From: Octopus bimaculoides
Taxonomy: Eukaryota
Assembly (NCBI RefSeq): GCF_001194135.2
Contig: NC_069001.1
Location: 35,711,353 to 35,774,685, forward strand
DNA: 63,333 bases
Reading direction: 5' to 3'
The notes below the pieces were generated by a model that saw nothing but the letters and a program-made list of their open reading frames with translations, did not search any database and was not told where the DNA came from. Below, in pieces: positions 25,539 to 38,400 of the stretch. The number at the start of each line of letters is the position of its first letter. The stretch's first letter is position 1. The position numbers and the translations under genes are program-made.

Positions 25539-25963
25539 CATAGGACCCTTCTGAATTAGGAACTATCAGTTAAGTATTATCCTATCCTAATGAAATTATC
25601 CATGAAATCAATTAAGCAATATCAGTTTATGTAATTAACATTAAAACCATGAACCCACAAATATGTTCCACATTATAAACATGAAGGGTAAGTTCACAAT
25701 AATGAGACACCAAGATATAAAAGATTTGCAAACAAGCTGATCAAACATAGATTCCCATCATCAGCTGCCCATCAGTTATTACTATGGTTTCGACACATGG
25801 GCAGTCCCATTCAGCTATGTGTATATATATGTGTTTGTGTGTGTAGGTGTGTGTGTACATGTGTGTGCGTGTATGTGTGTGTTGGGGTGGGCCAACCACA
25901 AATACAAAGATACACATAATTATTGATAAATAGCTAGATATGTGTGTGTATATACATACACAC

Positions 25964-25998
<35 letters not shown>

Positions 25999-26238
25999 NN
26001 NNNNNNNNNNNNNNNNNNNNNNNNNNNNNNNNNNNNNNNNNNNNNNNNNNNNNNNNNNNNNNNNNNNNNNNNNNNNNNNNNNNNNNNNNNNNNNNNNNNN
26101 NNNNNNNNNNNNNNNNNNNNNNNNNNNNNNNNNNNNNNNNNNNNNNNNNNNNNNNNNNNNNNNNNNNNNNNNNNNNNNNNNNNNNNNNNNNNNNNNNNNN
26201 NNNNNNNNNNNNNNNNNNNNNNNNNNNNNNTATATATT

Positions 26239-26404
26239 GCATGCGTGGTTGTGTGGTAAGAAGCTTGCTCCCTGACACCATGGTTCTGGGTTCAGTCCCG
26301 CTACATGGCACTTTGGGTATGTGTCTTTTGCTATAGCCCCAGGTCAACCAAAGCCTTGTGAGTGGATTTGGCAGGCAGAAACCGAAAGAGGCCCATTGTA
26401 TATA

Positions 26405-26444
<40 letters not shown>

Positions 26445-26652
26445 CATATGTGTGTGTGTATGTGTGAATGTCTTTGTGCTTGACAACTGGTATTGGTGTG
26501 TTTGTATCCCTGTAACTTAGCGGTTCAGCAAAAGATACTGATAGAATAAGTACCAAAGTTAGCAAAATATCAAGTCCTGGGACTGATTAATTTGACTAAA
26601 AATTTTTCAGCATGGCTGCAGTCTAATGACTGAAACAAGTAAAAGTAAAAGA
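26239..26652 (+). mobile_element. SINE family A, full length
   Basis: All A modules; tail GCAGTCTAATGACTGAAACAAGTAAAAG. Confidence 0.9.
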
Positions 26653-26663
26653 TATATAAAGAG

Positions 26664-26805
26664 CTTCCGCACAGTTTCCCCTCTACCAAATAGACCCGCA
26701 AGGTCTGGGGTTACAGTAGAAGACACTTGCTCATGGTGCCACATGGTGGAAGTGAACTTGACACCACATGGCTGCAAATCAAGCTTCCTAACCATGTGGC
26801 CATGT
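26664..26805 (-). mobile_element. SINE family A head, convergent with previous copy
   Basis: TAGAAGACACTTGC..GGTGCCAC..TTCCTAACCATG. Confidence 0.65.
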
Positions 26806-27082
26806 GTATGCCTGTCTATTTATGTATTTGTGTTGTTGTTCTTTGCTTTCTAATCTTGAAATTTTTGCTTCATCTTAAAAAATGAAATGGTTCTGGGTGT
26901 ATATATATACATACATATATACATACATACATGCCTGCATATATACAAATGCGTATGGTATCACCTATGAATATATAAACACAAGGTCTACCTCCCACAT
27001 CGAAGAAATGAAATACTTCTTGAAGAAATATATGGTCTAAATATTCCATAAGGATATGGTTTACTAGTTAAATCACAATGAC

Positions 27083-27510
27083 AGGTCATCATCATCGTCA
27101 TCGTTGCCATCGTTGTCATCATCATCATTATCGTCGTTGTCATCGTCATCATTATTGTCATCACCATCGACATCCTCAACGTCGTCATCATCATCATCAT
27201 CATCGTCATCATCAATATCATCATCATCATCATCATCATCGTCATCGTCATCATCGTCGTCAAAATTATTATCATCGTTGTCATCGTCATCATTGTTGTC
27301 ATCATCATCAACATAATTACTGTCGTCGTCATTGTCATCATCATTGTCATCGTTATCATCAACGTCGTCATCATCATCATCACTGTCATCACCATCGTCA
27401 TCATCGTCATCGTCGAAATCATCACCATCATCATCACAAACATTTCATCGCCATCGTTGTCGTCACCATTATCATTGTCATCATCATCATCGTCATTGTC
27501 ATCATCGCCG
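27083..27510. repeat. Degenerate (CAT/CGT)n trinucleotide array
   Basis: ~430 bp in CAT phase; explains the His-, Ser- and Met-rich ORFs. Confidence 0.95.
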
Positions 27511-27950
27511 TCGGCTGCAAATGGAATCATAATAATAGGCCAAGCCAGCAATGAGGGCAGAAAGCAGGAGGAGAGGGGAGGGGAGAGGGGAGACATTGTG
27601 GAAAGCATGGCAGGTTTTGTGCTGTAGGTCTTTAAGTAAAAAGATAAACAAACAAATGCATTGAATAACCTGGGATTGTCAGGAAAGCTGTGTGTGCTTC
27701 TTCCACCCACCCACACAGACAGACATACAGGGACATAGATATATTAGCGTGTGTGTGTGTGTGTGTGTGTGGAGGAACACCAGGTGACCTTACTGTTAGG
27801 GCTCAGGAAGAAATGGTTTCAAATGTACCGCACTTCCTTGAATTAGATAACACTTGTCTGAGACATGGCAAGACAAGTTATAGCTTGACAAAAATTGCCT
27901 GTTCACTACATGCCATGTTCATGTGTACTCACATGCACATACATACACAC

Positions 27951-28000
<50 letters not shown>

Positions 28001-28704
28001 ATATGTATATATATANNNNNNNNNNNNNNNNNNNNNNNNNNNNNNNNNNNNNNNNNNNNNNNNNNNNNNNNNNNNNNNNNNNNNNNNNNNNNNNNNNNNN
28101 NNNNNNNNNNNNNNNNNNNNNNNNNNNNNNNNNNNNNNNNNNNNNNNNNNNNNNNNNNNNNNNNNNNNNNNNNNNNNNNNNNNNNNNNNNNNNNNNNNNN
28201 NNNNNNNNNNNNNNNNNNNNNNNNNNNNNNNNNNNNNNNNNNNNNNNNNNNNNNNNNNNNNNNNNNNNNNNNNNNNNNNNNNNNNNNNNNNNNNNNNNNN
28301 NNNNNNNNNNNNNNNNNNNNNNNNNNNNNNNNNNNNNNNNNNNNNNNNNNNNNNNNNNNNNNNNNNNNNNNNNNNNNNNNNNNNNNNNNNNNNNNNNNNN
28401 NNNNNNNNNNNNNNNNNNNNNNNNNNNNNNNNNNNNNNNNNNNNNNNNNNNNNNNNNNNNNNNNNNNNNNNNNNNNNNNNNNNNNNNNNNNNNNNNNNNN
28501 NNNNNNNNNNNNNNNNNNNNNNNNNNNNNNNNNNNNNNNNNNNNNNNNNNNNNNNNNNNNNNNNNNNNNNNNNNNNNNNNNNNNNNNNNNNNNNNNNNNN
28601 NNNNNNNNNNNNNNNNNNNNNNNNNNNNNNNNNNNNNNNNNNNNNNNNNNNNNNNNNNNNNNNNNNNNNNNNNNNNNNNNNNNNNNNNNNNNNNNNNNNN
28701 NNNN

Positions 28705-28761
<57 letters not shown>

Positions 28762-30029
28762 AAAGGATGTGTTATAATACTATTCCACAGTCATACCAAA
28801 AATCCAACATACGTCCATCATCAGCTGGAAATATAAGCCTCCACATTGCCAGATGACAATCTAGACTTTTCTATAATATTATATATATTAGTGATTTAAT
28901 GCTTGTGTGATTGTGTGTGTGTGTGTGTGTGTTCTTGTCTGTTGCCATAGAGGTTGAAGCTTAAGTGTCAGGAAGTGGTTTAGCTTGGAATCCCTGTGGA
29001 TCTGGTTTCAATTCCTTGTGGAACCATTTGTTTATTTTGTTTCACTTGCATGAAAAGCCATGTTTTGTGAAATCAATTAAACTTATAACTTTTATACTTC
29101 CTTCCATTATCACCACCACCACCATAATCACCCTCATCATCATCATCATCATCATCACCACTTTCGTCCTCCTCATCATCATCATCGTTATCACACATCT
29201 GCTTTTCCTTACTGGTTTTGTTTTTTGTTATTTTTGTTCCGGTCCAACATCTTGCGGCTGATTGTGGTCATTTCCAAGGGTGTTAGCCATGGTGTGAACG
29301 CTACACAGAGAGGCCACTTCAAAAGGGTTTGGGTAGGGACAAGCATATTGAATGTATGTTATGTTTAAGGAATTAAAGAGGCAAAGGGCAGCCCATTTGT
29401 TTACCACAACCAGGTAACCAGAGCCCACAGTATGTCACAACTTCCTTTCTCATCAAAAACATAAAACAAACAAAAAAAAACACAACAAAGTTGTTCTTTT
29501 TATATTTTGCATGAATTATATCTTGAAGCTCTTTCTGTTGCCTAATCATTTTACAGCATTGACTGGGTGAATATTATCACACCTCCAACACTGGAGAGGT
29601 TGTCTGTCTGATGCAGGCGTAAAGTGTCCTCCCTTTGTCTTTTTAGTTTTTTTTCTGGGGTGACTGTATTCCCATATGAGATACATTTAATGCAGTTTTG
29701 AGTGAATTCAGTCATTCTCACCTAAAGTTTTAAAAAAGGGTTGATTACCTGTTTAATGGATAGTATTGATTACAAAATAATGAAGCCAAACAAGATAGGT
29801 GTTTGCTTTTTGTTTATTTTTTTCATGTTGCATATCACACCTCAGTCATTGGCATAAATTGTTAATGTAATAGAAACCAGAGTTACATTTCATGTTTCTG
29901 TTTAAACCATTTTTTAGGATGATATTTGTTATGAAACACCGTGTCTATGTATTTCAGTTAATGATGCTGCTGATGCTGCTGCTGCTGCTGCTGATGATGA
30001 TGATGATGACGATCATGATGATCATGATC

Positions 30030-30410
30030 GTCATCATCATCATCATCGTCGTTTAACATCTGCTTTCTATGCTGTCATGGGTTGGATGATTCAACAAGAG
30101 CTGGCAAACTAGAAAGCTACACCAGGCTCCAGTCATTTGCTTTGGCATGGTTTCTACAGCCGGATGCCCTTCCTAATGCCAACCACTAAATAGAGTGGAC
30201 TGGATGCTTTTCGTGTGGCACCAGATGGGCACTTTGTATGTGGCACAAGCATGGGTGCTTATTAATTGACACCAGCACAGTTGCTTCATATAAGGCACCA
30301 ATGTGAGTGTTTTTACATGGTACCAGTATAAGTGACTTTTACATGGCACCAGCAGGGTTGCTTTTTAAGTGGCGCTAGCACGGGAGCTTTTTATGTGACA
30401 CCTACGTGGG
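30030..30410 (-). mobile_element. SINE-like family C with ~25-bp tandem array at its 5' side
   Basis: (CAT)n-GTTTAACATC..GGATGCCCTTCCTAATGCCAACCAC then ~8 degenerate TGCTTTTACGTGGCACCAGCACGGG units. Confidence 0.75.
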
Positions 30411-30690
30411 TCACCAGATAATCAAGAATTTCAAGGGATTCGGTAAAAACTGGCTAAAATTTAACACAGCACAATTCATTCTCAATAGATTCTGGTAAAT
30501 TCAAATTTGATGCCGCTGATAGTCGTTGCTTTTTGTCATTGGATAACTTCTGTACTCTTTAGATGATATGTGCTCATAATACACATGATTCATTGATGTA
30601 AGAGGACTTTTTGAGACTCCATGGTGTTTCAACACTTTTGTATGTCTCCTCAGTCAATCTTACCTCCAGATTAATGAAACTAACAAGAGT

Positions 30691-31002
30691 ATTCGGTCTC
30701 TTTTGCCGAACTGATAAGTTACGGGCACATAAACACACCAGCATCGGTTGTCAAGCGATGTTGGGGGGACAAACACACACACACAAATACATATATATAT
30801 ATATATATATATAGATAGATAGATAGATATATATATATGATGGGCTTCTTTCAGTTTGCGTCTACCAAATCCACTCAAAAGGCTTTGGTCAGCCCGAAGC
30901 TAGGGTAGGAGACACTTGCCTAAGGTGCCACACAGTGGGAATGAACCCGGAACCATGTGGCTGGTAAGCAAGTTACTTACCACATATTCACTCCTGCGCC
31001 TA
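30691..31002 (-). mobile_element. SINE family A, 3'-truncated
   Basis: Reverse complement of TAGGCGCAGGAGTG head to GGCAAAAGAGACCGA; internal (TA)(GATA)n. Confidence 0.9.
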
Positions 31003-31444
31003 TATATATATATATTTTTTGGGGATTATTTTCAACCAACTTTCTGTTCTTCCAAAATTCCCATGATAGTCCACTATTTACTGCGATTCCCAATCAATAA
31101 AAATGACTGTTCTAGTTTCACCATCCCGCTGCTACAGAGATAGATTTATAATTTCACAGTTCTGTAATCGCCAATAATCAATAATCGTCAGATTTTGCTC
31201 TAAACATATTGTTGGAGCGGAACCGGTGTCACTAATTTACATAGTCGTAGATTCAGAGAAGGAGGAGGAGGAGGACAAAGAGAGAAGCGAGAGAAGTGGG
31301 AGGAGGAGATGGAAGAGATGCACACATTGCAGTTGCCCAGTTCTCTTCCGCAAATTTGAAGCAGCGAACTTAATCATTTATTCTCAATTAATATAAATAT
31401 ATATATACATATATATATATATATTTGTATGTGTGTGTGTGATG

Positions 31445-31481
<37 letters not shown>

Positions 31482-31568
31482 NNNNNNNNNNTATATATAT
31501 ATATAGATAGATAGATAGATAGATAGACAGGCAGACAGATATGTGTGTGTATGTATATATGTATGTAT

Positions 31569-31614
<46 letters not shown>

Positions 31615-32259
31615 GTATGTATATATATTTGTGTACTCATGCTCACACACTTCAGACCACAGAACATAAGCAATCTGTCTAAACTATACGCCACAAGAGC
31701 ACCTCCGATAAATTCCAGAGTATTTCAAGGTTCAATACTTTACCAATTCTTCACAAAGAATTTCCTGAAGTCTCCAATAACAACACCATTCCTTCTACTC
31801 CCTGTTATTATTGTCTGCCTGATAGTCACCATTCTTCTCTTAACACCCGTCTCTTGTACTTTATTCGGACAATGAAATTCTATTGTTCAAGAAAACAGTC
31901 TTTATATTCTCCTCTTTGGTTATTCTATTTCCTATAATTAGCTTATTTTATTGATTGACGTCTCTTCGATTCTTAGAATTCGGTAGTTTGATTTTGCATT
32001 GTAACCAATAACCTTCTCCCTCATTTAACAACTTATTCTAAGTGCATTCTGAATGATGGCCGTCCAGCAAGAAAATCCCTTCCAATTATGGTCTTTACAT
32101 TTCTTCTCACCGAAAAGGTGATGCAGTAATAAATGATGTTTTCTAGATGTCCTTTTTTAACAGTTCCTCTATAATTAATACTCGTTAATTGTTAACTGTC
32201 AAAGGCAGGGAATTGGCACAGATGATGAAGCATAAGCTAGATGGCTTACAGTATTTGTT

Positions 32260-32350
32260 TAAGGTCGCAAGCTGACAGAATCGTTAGAGCACCGGGTAAA
32301 ATGATTAGTGGTATTTCATCCATCCTTACGTTCTGAGTTCAAATTCCACC
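32260..32350 (+). mobile_element. SINE family B 5' half, cut by a family C copy
   Basis: AAGCTGACAGAATCGTTAG..GTTCTGAGTTCAAATTCCACC directly followed by a C tail. Confidence 0.75.
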
Positions 32351-32690
32351 ATCATCATCATCGTTTAACGTCCGCTTTCCATGCTAGCATGGGTTGGACA
32401 GTTTGACTAAGGACTGGCGAGACCAGATGGCTACACCAGGCTCCAATCTGATCTGGCAGAGTTTCTACAGCTGGATGCCCTTTCTAATGCCAAACACTCC
32501 GAGAGTGTGGTGGGTGCTTTCATGTGCCACCAGCACAAAGGCCAGTCAGGCAGTACTGGCAATGGCCACGCTCAAAATGGTGTATTTTACATGCCATCTG
32601 CACAGGAGCCAGTCTAGCAGCACTGGCAACGATCTCGCTCGAATGTCTTACATGTGCCACCGGCACAAGTGCCAGGAAGGTGACACTGAT
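32351..32690 (-). mobile_element. SINE-like family C, longest copy (three ~65-bp 5' units)
   Basis: Tail at 32351; repeated GTGCCACC(A/G)GCAC and GCCAGT..ACTGGC units 32520-32680. Confidence 0.9.
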
Positions 32691-33539
32691 GGTCATATTA
32701 AGTTGTGGACAGAGTAACAAATGAAGAAAATCTGAACAATGCCATACCTCTCTAAAAACCAAAACCTGTGGCCTGAAATACTTATGCATGTATGTATGTA
32801 TTATGTGTACGTATGTATGTACGTGCACATGGAGATAGTGAAAGAAAGAAAGAGAGAGAGATATTATATATACATACTAACATAACTAGAGGCTGACACA
32901 CATAAATAGAGTGCAAAAGAAACATTGAAATGCCTGCTGTCAAATAAGACGGAATCAAATCAGAAATACCAAAACGATGGCACTAAAACAATTGTGCTGG
33001 CACATCTCATTATCCCTCCTCAAAAACCAACTGTACAGGTTAGAAGAAAATCAAGAAGTAGAAACAGAAGCAAACATTTACACTTTTTGTCTCTCTCTTT
33101 TTTTTTTTTTCTTGATATTTTGACCAAACAACGCCCTTGTCGTAGCTGAAGTGGAGCAAAATGTCATTCTGACATAGGCAGAGAGACAATGTCAAATATT
33201 GGACCGAAAGGGCGTTACGATATTATGCAGTTAGCTGTTGTTGGATTAACTAATTAGTACCATGTAATTGCAACAGTTAGGACTTTCTTGATGAATTTTA
33301 TTTTGAAGCTGCATTTTAATTTTATCATGTAAAAATATCCATGTTTTTGCATTCTTTTTTATATTATTTTTATTGTGTTTCTTTTGTCCTTTGGTTTGTT
33401 GTAATTTTGTGTTTGGTTTGAAATGCTACACAAAAGGGGTTATATCTCCTTCTGATGGTAATTTTATGCATACATGCAAAAATTTAAGCATGCATATGTA
33501 CGCATGTATAAAGTCAGATATACACAGGTATTCAGATGC

Positions 33540-34560
33540 ATGCAACTACAAACACACATAAACACATACAAAAGCAGATGCAAGTAAATACACATGCACA
33601 GTTATATAAGCAAGTACAGACATGCATATATACAAACACAAGCAAAACAATACACTCACACATAAACATAGACACAGAAATATATACATACACATATAAA
33701 GATATATGCGTACATATGGAAAAAGACATACACACACACACAACCATAGCACAAGCATGGAAAATATATACACACTCACACACACAAATATATATAGGTA
33801 GACACACAAATGCACATAGATATAAACATAAACACACAAACACATAGAAAAACAAATGCACACAAACACACGTACAGATATGGAAAAACACATGCATATA
33901 CGACACACATGGAAAATACCTTTGCAAATATACACACACAAAAAACATACATTTAAAAATATACACACACGCAAATATAACGTACATACACACTTATAAA
34001 CATAGCTGCACAAACGCACATGGAAAAATAGATTCATATATATACACCCAAACACATGCTAACACACTCGTGCATACATAGGCATACTCAGACAGACACA
34101 TGAAAATTTGCATACACACATTGTTTTGCATACACACAAAAACAAAAAAACAAAATGTTTTGCAAAATTCCTGTTCCTGTAGATGTCCTTCTTCACATGG
34201 AACCAATCCATCATTTTGGCAAGGAACTTAGAGTTTCCCAGTTAAATTCTAAAAGCACTGCGTTCCCCCCCCCCAACACCAACACAACCCAAACTCGTCT
34301 GCATGCACAGACACACACACTCAGACACACACACAGACAAACGCACACACAAGCATACACACATGCATGCACACACATATACAGTCACATACACACACAC
34401 ACATACACACACACATACACATACATGCACACTCATACACATACACACACACATGCGTGCATACAGAAACAAATTCATAAATACACACACAAACACGCAT
34501 ATGCACACAGATATACAGAGGTAGGCACGCAAACTCATGCACATGCGCACAATTTGATTT
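33540..34560. repeat. Degenerate CA/TA-rich dinucleotide tracts
   Basis: ~1 kb of decayed (CA)n/(TACA)n, with a short unique stretch near 34150-34300. Confidence 0.85.
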
Positions 34561-35002
34561 CGTATTCCTTCCCATCCTCTTCTATTTAAACCTGCGCTTA
34601 CCCACCCACCCGTGCCTATCCCTCATCACACCAGTTAACCTCTGACTAACACTGAGTCGGCAGAGCCTTCACTGCAAGGAATTTGAAATGAAGTTTTAAT
34701 CCAATATCAGAAAGATTTGGCTTTTTTTTCTTTTTGTTTTTTTGGAACCAGCTGTCACCAGCTCTAATATCACANNNNNNNNNNNNNNNNNNNNNNNNNN
34801 NNNNNNNNNNNNNNNNNNNNNNNNNNNNNNNNNNNNNNNNNNNNNNNNNNNNNNNNNNNNNNNNNNNNNNNNNNNNNNNNNNNNNNNNNNNNNNNNNNNN
34901 NNNNNNNNNNNNNNNNNNNNNNNNNNNNNNNNNNNNNNNNNNNNNNNNNNNNNNNNNNNNNNNNNNNNNNNNNNNNNNNNNNNNNNNNNNNNNNNNNNNN
35001 NN

Positions 35003-35250
35003 GGCTCCTGTGCGGGTGGCACATAAAATACACCATTTTGAGCATGGCCGTTGCCAGTACCACCTGACTGGCCTTCGTGCCAGTGGCATGTAAAAGCACC
35101 CACTACACTCTCTGAGTGGTTGGCGTTAGGAAAGGCATCCAGCTGTAGAAACTCTGCCAAATCAGACTGGAGCCTGGTGTAGCCATTTGGTTTCACCAGT
35201 CATCAGTCAAATCGTCCAACCCATGCCAGCATGGAAAGCAGACGTTAAAC

Positions 35251-35280
<30 letters not shown>
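35003..35280 (+). mobile_element. SINE-like family C
   Basis: Two 5' structured units, GTTAGGAAAGGCATCC, CATGGAAAGCAGACGTTAAAC(GAT)n. Confidence 0.9.
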
Positions 35281-35281
<1 letters not shown>

Positions 35282-35316
35282 GTTGCTGTTATCAATATTG
35301 TTGTTATTGTTGATGG

Positions 35317-35535
35317 AAGGCGGCGAGCTGCCAGAAACGTTAACCTGCAGGGAGAAACGCTTAGCGGTATTTCGTCTGCCTTTACATTCTGAGTCGAAAT
35401 CCTGCTGAGGTCGACTTTGCTTTTCATCCTTTCGGGGTCAATTAATTAAGTATCAGTTGCATTCTGGGGTTGATCTAATCGACTGACCCCCACCTCCCCT
35501 AAAATTTCTGGTCTTGTGTCTAGAGTAGAAAAGAA
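35317..35535 (+). mobile_element. SINE family B, full length
   Basis: AAGGCGGCGAGCTG head, GAGGTCGACTTTGCTTTTCATCCTTTCGGGGTC core, TAGAGTAGAAAAGAA tail. Confidence 0.9.
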
Positions 35536-35825
35536 TATTGTTATTGTTGATGTTGTTTGTTGTTTAACCCCAGGTTAGTTCCAGTCAGGATCAAAGACAT
35601 CCTAACTATGATTATTTCCATCACTGAACCCTTTTTTTTTTTCTTCTTTTTTCCGCTTCACTGTGTATGACAGAACTATACATATGTTGGCACAGTATCG
35701 TCCGCTTTGCAATCTTGAAGCCCCAGGGTCAATCCCACTGCATTACATCTTAACTACACAACCACGCCGGTCCCTTTTGATGCCAGCTCACCTGAGACCA
35801 CTGCTGGTTCTGTGAGACAAAAATT

Positions 35826-35980
35826 CTGTAACTTAGCAGTTCGGCAAAAAAAGACTAATGAAATAAATCACTTGACAACCGATGCTGGTGTGTTTATGTC
35901 CCCGTAACTTAGTGGTTCAGCAAAAAAGACCGATAGAATAAGTACTAGGCTTACAAAGAATAAGTCCTGGGTTCGATTTG
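35826..35980 (+). mobile_element. SINE family A 3' half with partial internal duplication
   Basis: GTAACTTAG..GTTC.GCAAAAAAGAC occurs twice (35828, 35903). Confidence 0.8.
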
Positions 35981-36519
35981 TAATGTATATATATTTTATA
36001 CATCCATATATGTGTGCGTGTAGATACATATATACATGAAATAAATAAACAGATATAAATAAGAAAATGGTTTTTTTATCAACTAATTCTTGCAGTCTTT
36101 GATGTTGAACGATTCAACCAAGAACCAATATGCTTCGTCTTGCTTGCCTTCTTCTTCTTCTTCTTCTTCTCCTCTTTCTCCTCCTCCTCCCCCTCCTTCT
36201 TCTTCTTGTCTCAGCACCAATCTCCAGAATGGATCTCTTACATTTTATTAAGCCATTATTATATACAGAAATGTTTGCGTCTGACAATAGCAGCTGAAAC
36301 AGGAGATTCCTTAATGTCCAACGGATATTCCACAAACCGGACAACTATCCGATGCTGTATCTGTTCTCAGTGTCATTTAATACGATGTGTGTCCATTAGA
36401 GATATGAAATGTATATTTGGCAGACACTATTAGTTTATATTCAATTTCTTGTTTGTTTCTTTCTGGTTAATGTGCATGTGTATGTATATAACATCATCCT
36501 CATTGTCATCATCATTGTC

Positions 36520-36760
36520 GTCATCATCGTCATCATCATTTAACGTCCACTCTTTGTGCTGGTATAGGTCAGCTGGTTTGACTGGAGCTGATAAGCTGGA
36601 GAGCTGCACCAGGTTCCGGTCTGATTTGGTATAGTTTCTATGACCAGCTGCCCTTCTTAATGCCAACCACTCCAGAGGTGTAATTGGTGCTTTTACGTGC
36701 CACCAGCCTAGGTGCCATTTACATGACACTGACAATGGCCATGATTATGGATGCCATAAT
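36520..36760 (-). mobile_element. SINE-like family C
   Basis: TTTAACGTCCAC..CAGCTGCCCTTCTTAATGCCAACCAC..GGTGCTTTTACGTGCCACC. Confidence 0.75.
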
Positions 36761-36761
36761 A

Positions 36762-36924
36762 TAGGCGCAGGCATAGCTGTGTGATAAGAAGCTTACTTAC
36801 CAACCACATGGTTCCGGGTTCAGTTCCATTGCATTGCACCTTGGGCAAGTGTCTTCTGCTATAGTCTTGAGCTGCCCAAAGCCTTGTGAGTGGATTTGAT
36901 AGACAGAAACTGAAAGAAGCCTGT
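36762..36924 (+). mobile_element. SINE family A, 5' half
   Basis: TAGGCGCAGG..GGTTCCGGGTTCAGTTCC..GCACCTTGGGCAAGTGTCTTCT. Confidence 0.9.
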
Positions 36925-37109
36925 TGTGTGTGTATATAAATATGAAATTATCAGATTGAGATAAAAACCCAAGGCAGTGATGTGTACAAGTATTATCAGA
37001 TCAAATATCAAATATGTTAGGGGCATATTTGAACCAATAGGAAAGGCACCCCTGCTCCCTCAAGAGAGCATTTCTGTTTTTATCTTGCAAGTAACATAGC
37101 AGCCTTAAT

Positions 37110-37290
37110 TGTGCCAGTGACACACAAAAAAAAGCACCCAGTACACTCTGTGAAGTGGTTGGCATTTGGAAAGGAATCCAGCTTTGGAAACTATGTGAAA
37201 GCAGCTGCTGCTCATCAATCTGATCCCGTTGAACCATCCGATCCATGCCATCATAGAAGACAAACATCAAATGATAGTAATGATAATGAT
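37110..37290 (+). mobile_element. SINE-like family C, diverged
   Basis: AAAAGCACCC..GTGGTTGGCATT.GGAAAGGAATCCAGC..CCATGCC..AAATGAT. Confidence 0.6.
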
Positions 37291-37716
37291 GACGACGAAT
37301 GATACCTCTTTCTCCCTCGTTACACCCTGTCCCTTTCTCTCATTAAACAAGCATCCATCCGTTGCTGAATCTCCATGTTTACCTTTCGAGGCATTATCGT
37401 ATTTTTATAGCAATTTAACANNNNNNNNNNNNNNNNNNNNNNNNNNNNNNNNNNNNNNNNNNNNNNNNNNNNNNNNNNNNNNNNNNNNNNNNNNNNNNNN
37501 NNNNNNNNNNNNNNNNNNNNNNNNNNNNNNNNNNNNNNNNNNNNNNNNNNNNNNNNNNNNNNNNNNNNNNNNNNNNNNNNNNNNNNNNNNNNNNNNNNNN
37601 NNNNNNNNNNNNNNNNNNNNNNNNNNNNNNNNNNNNNNNNNNNNNNNNNNNNNNNNNNNNNNNNNNNNNNNNNNNNNNNNNNNNNNNNNNNNNNNNNNNN
37701 NNNNNNNNNNNNNNNN

Positions 37717-37754
<38 letters not shown>

Positions 37755-38400
37755 TGTGTGTGTGTGTATGTGTGTGTTTGTGTGTGTCTGTGTGTGTGTG
37801 TGTTTGTGTGTGTGTGTTTGTATGTGTGTGTTTATGTGTGTGTGTGTGTGTGTGTTTATGTGTGTGTGTGTATGTGTGTATTTTTGTGTGTGTGTGTGTG
37901 ATGTGTGTGTATAATTTCTGTTATTTTACTTTTATTTTCCTCTTTTTGTATTTCTATTTAATTTTATTTTCTTTAATTTTTTTTTATTTACCTTTTTATG
38001 TTGCTGCTTGACAAAAACCAAGTCTTGGAACCAAGCAACAGAAAAAAAAAATTTTTTTTTTTTTACTTCAGCTCTTTTGGAAAGATGTTGAGATTACTCT
38101 GGCTACTCCAAAGAGCATGTTGGAATTGCCATTATATGGCACAAAAAGTGGAGGAAAATGGTAACTTGCCAATAAAATTCTTATATATTGGAAGCAATCT
38201 CATTCTTTCACATGTTAAGGAATCGGTCTTGCGGTTTACAATCTACAGTTGTGGTTGAGGAAAAAAATCCTCAAAAATCTATGATAGAACTTTTTAGGAG
38301 GTGGTGGCAGGGGAGTCTCTCTCATTATGACTTGCTAGGAATAATTGCTAATCGTCCCTTCAATCATATCTATTCTAGCATTCTAAAAATTAGAAGATAA

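Noticed and set aside
26988-27716. His/Arg/Cys-rich (27078-27554) and Met/Asp-rich ORFs as metal-binding or beak-type proteins
   Set aside because: All frames derive from a degenerate (CAT)n array; no signal peptide or convincing splice context.
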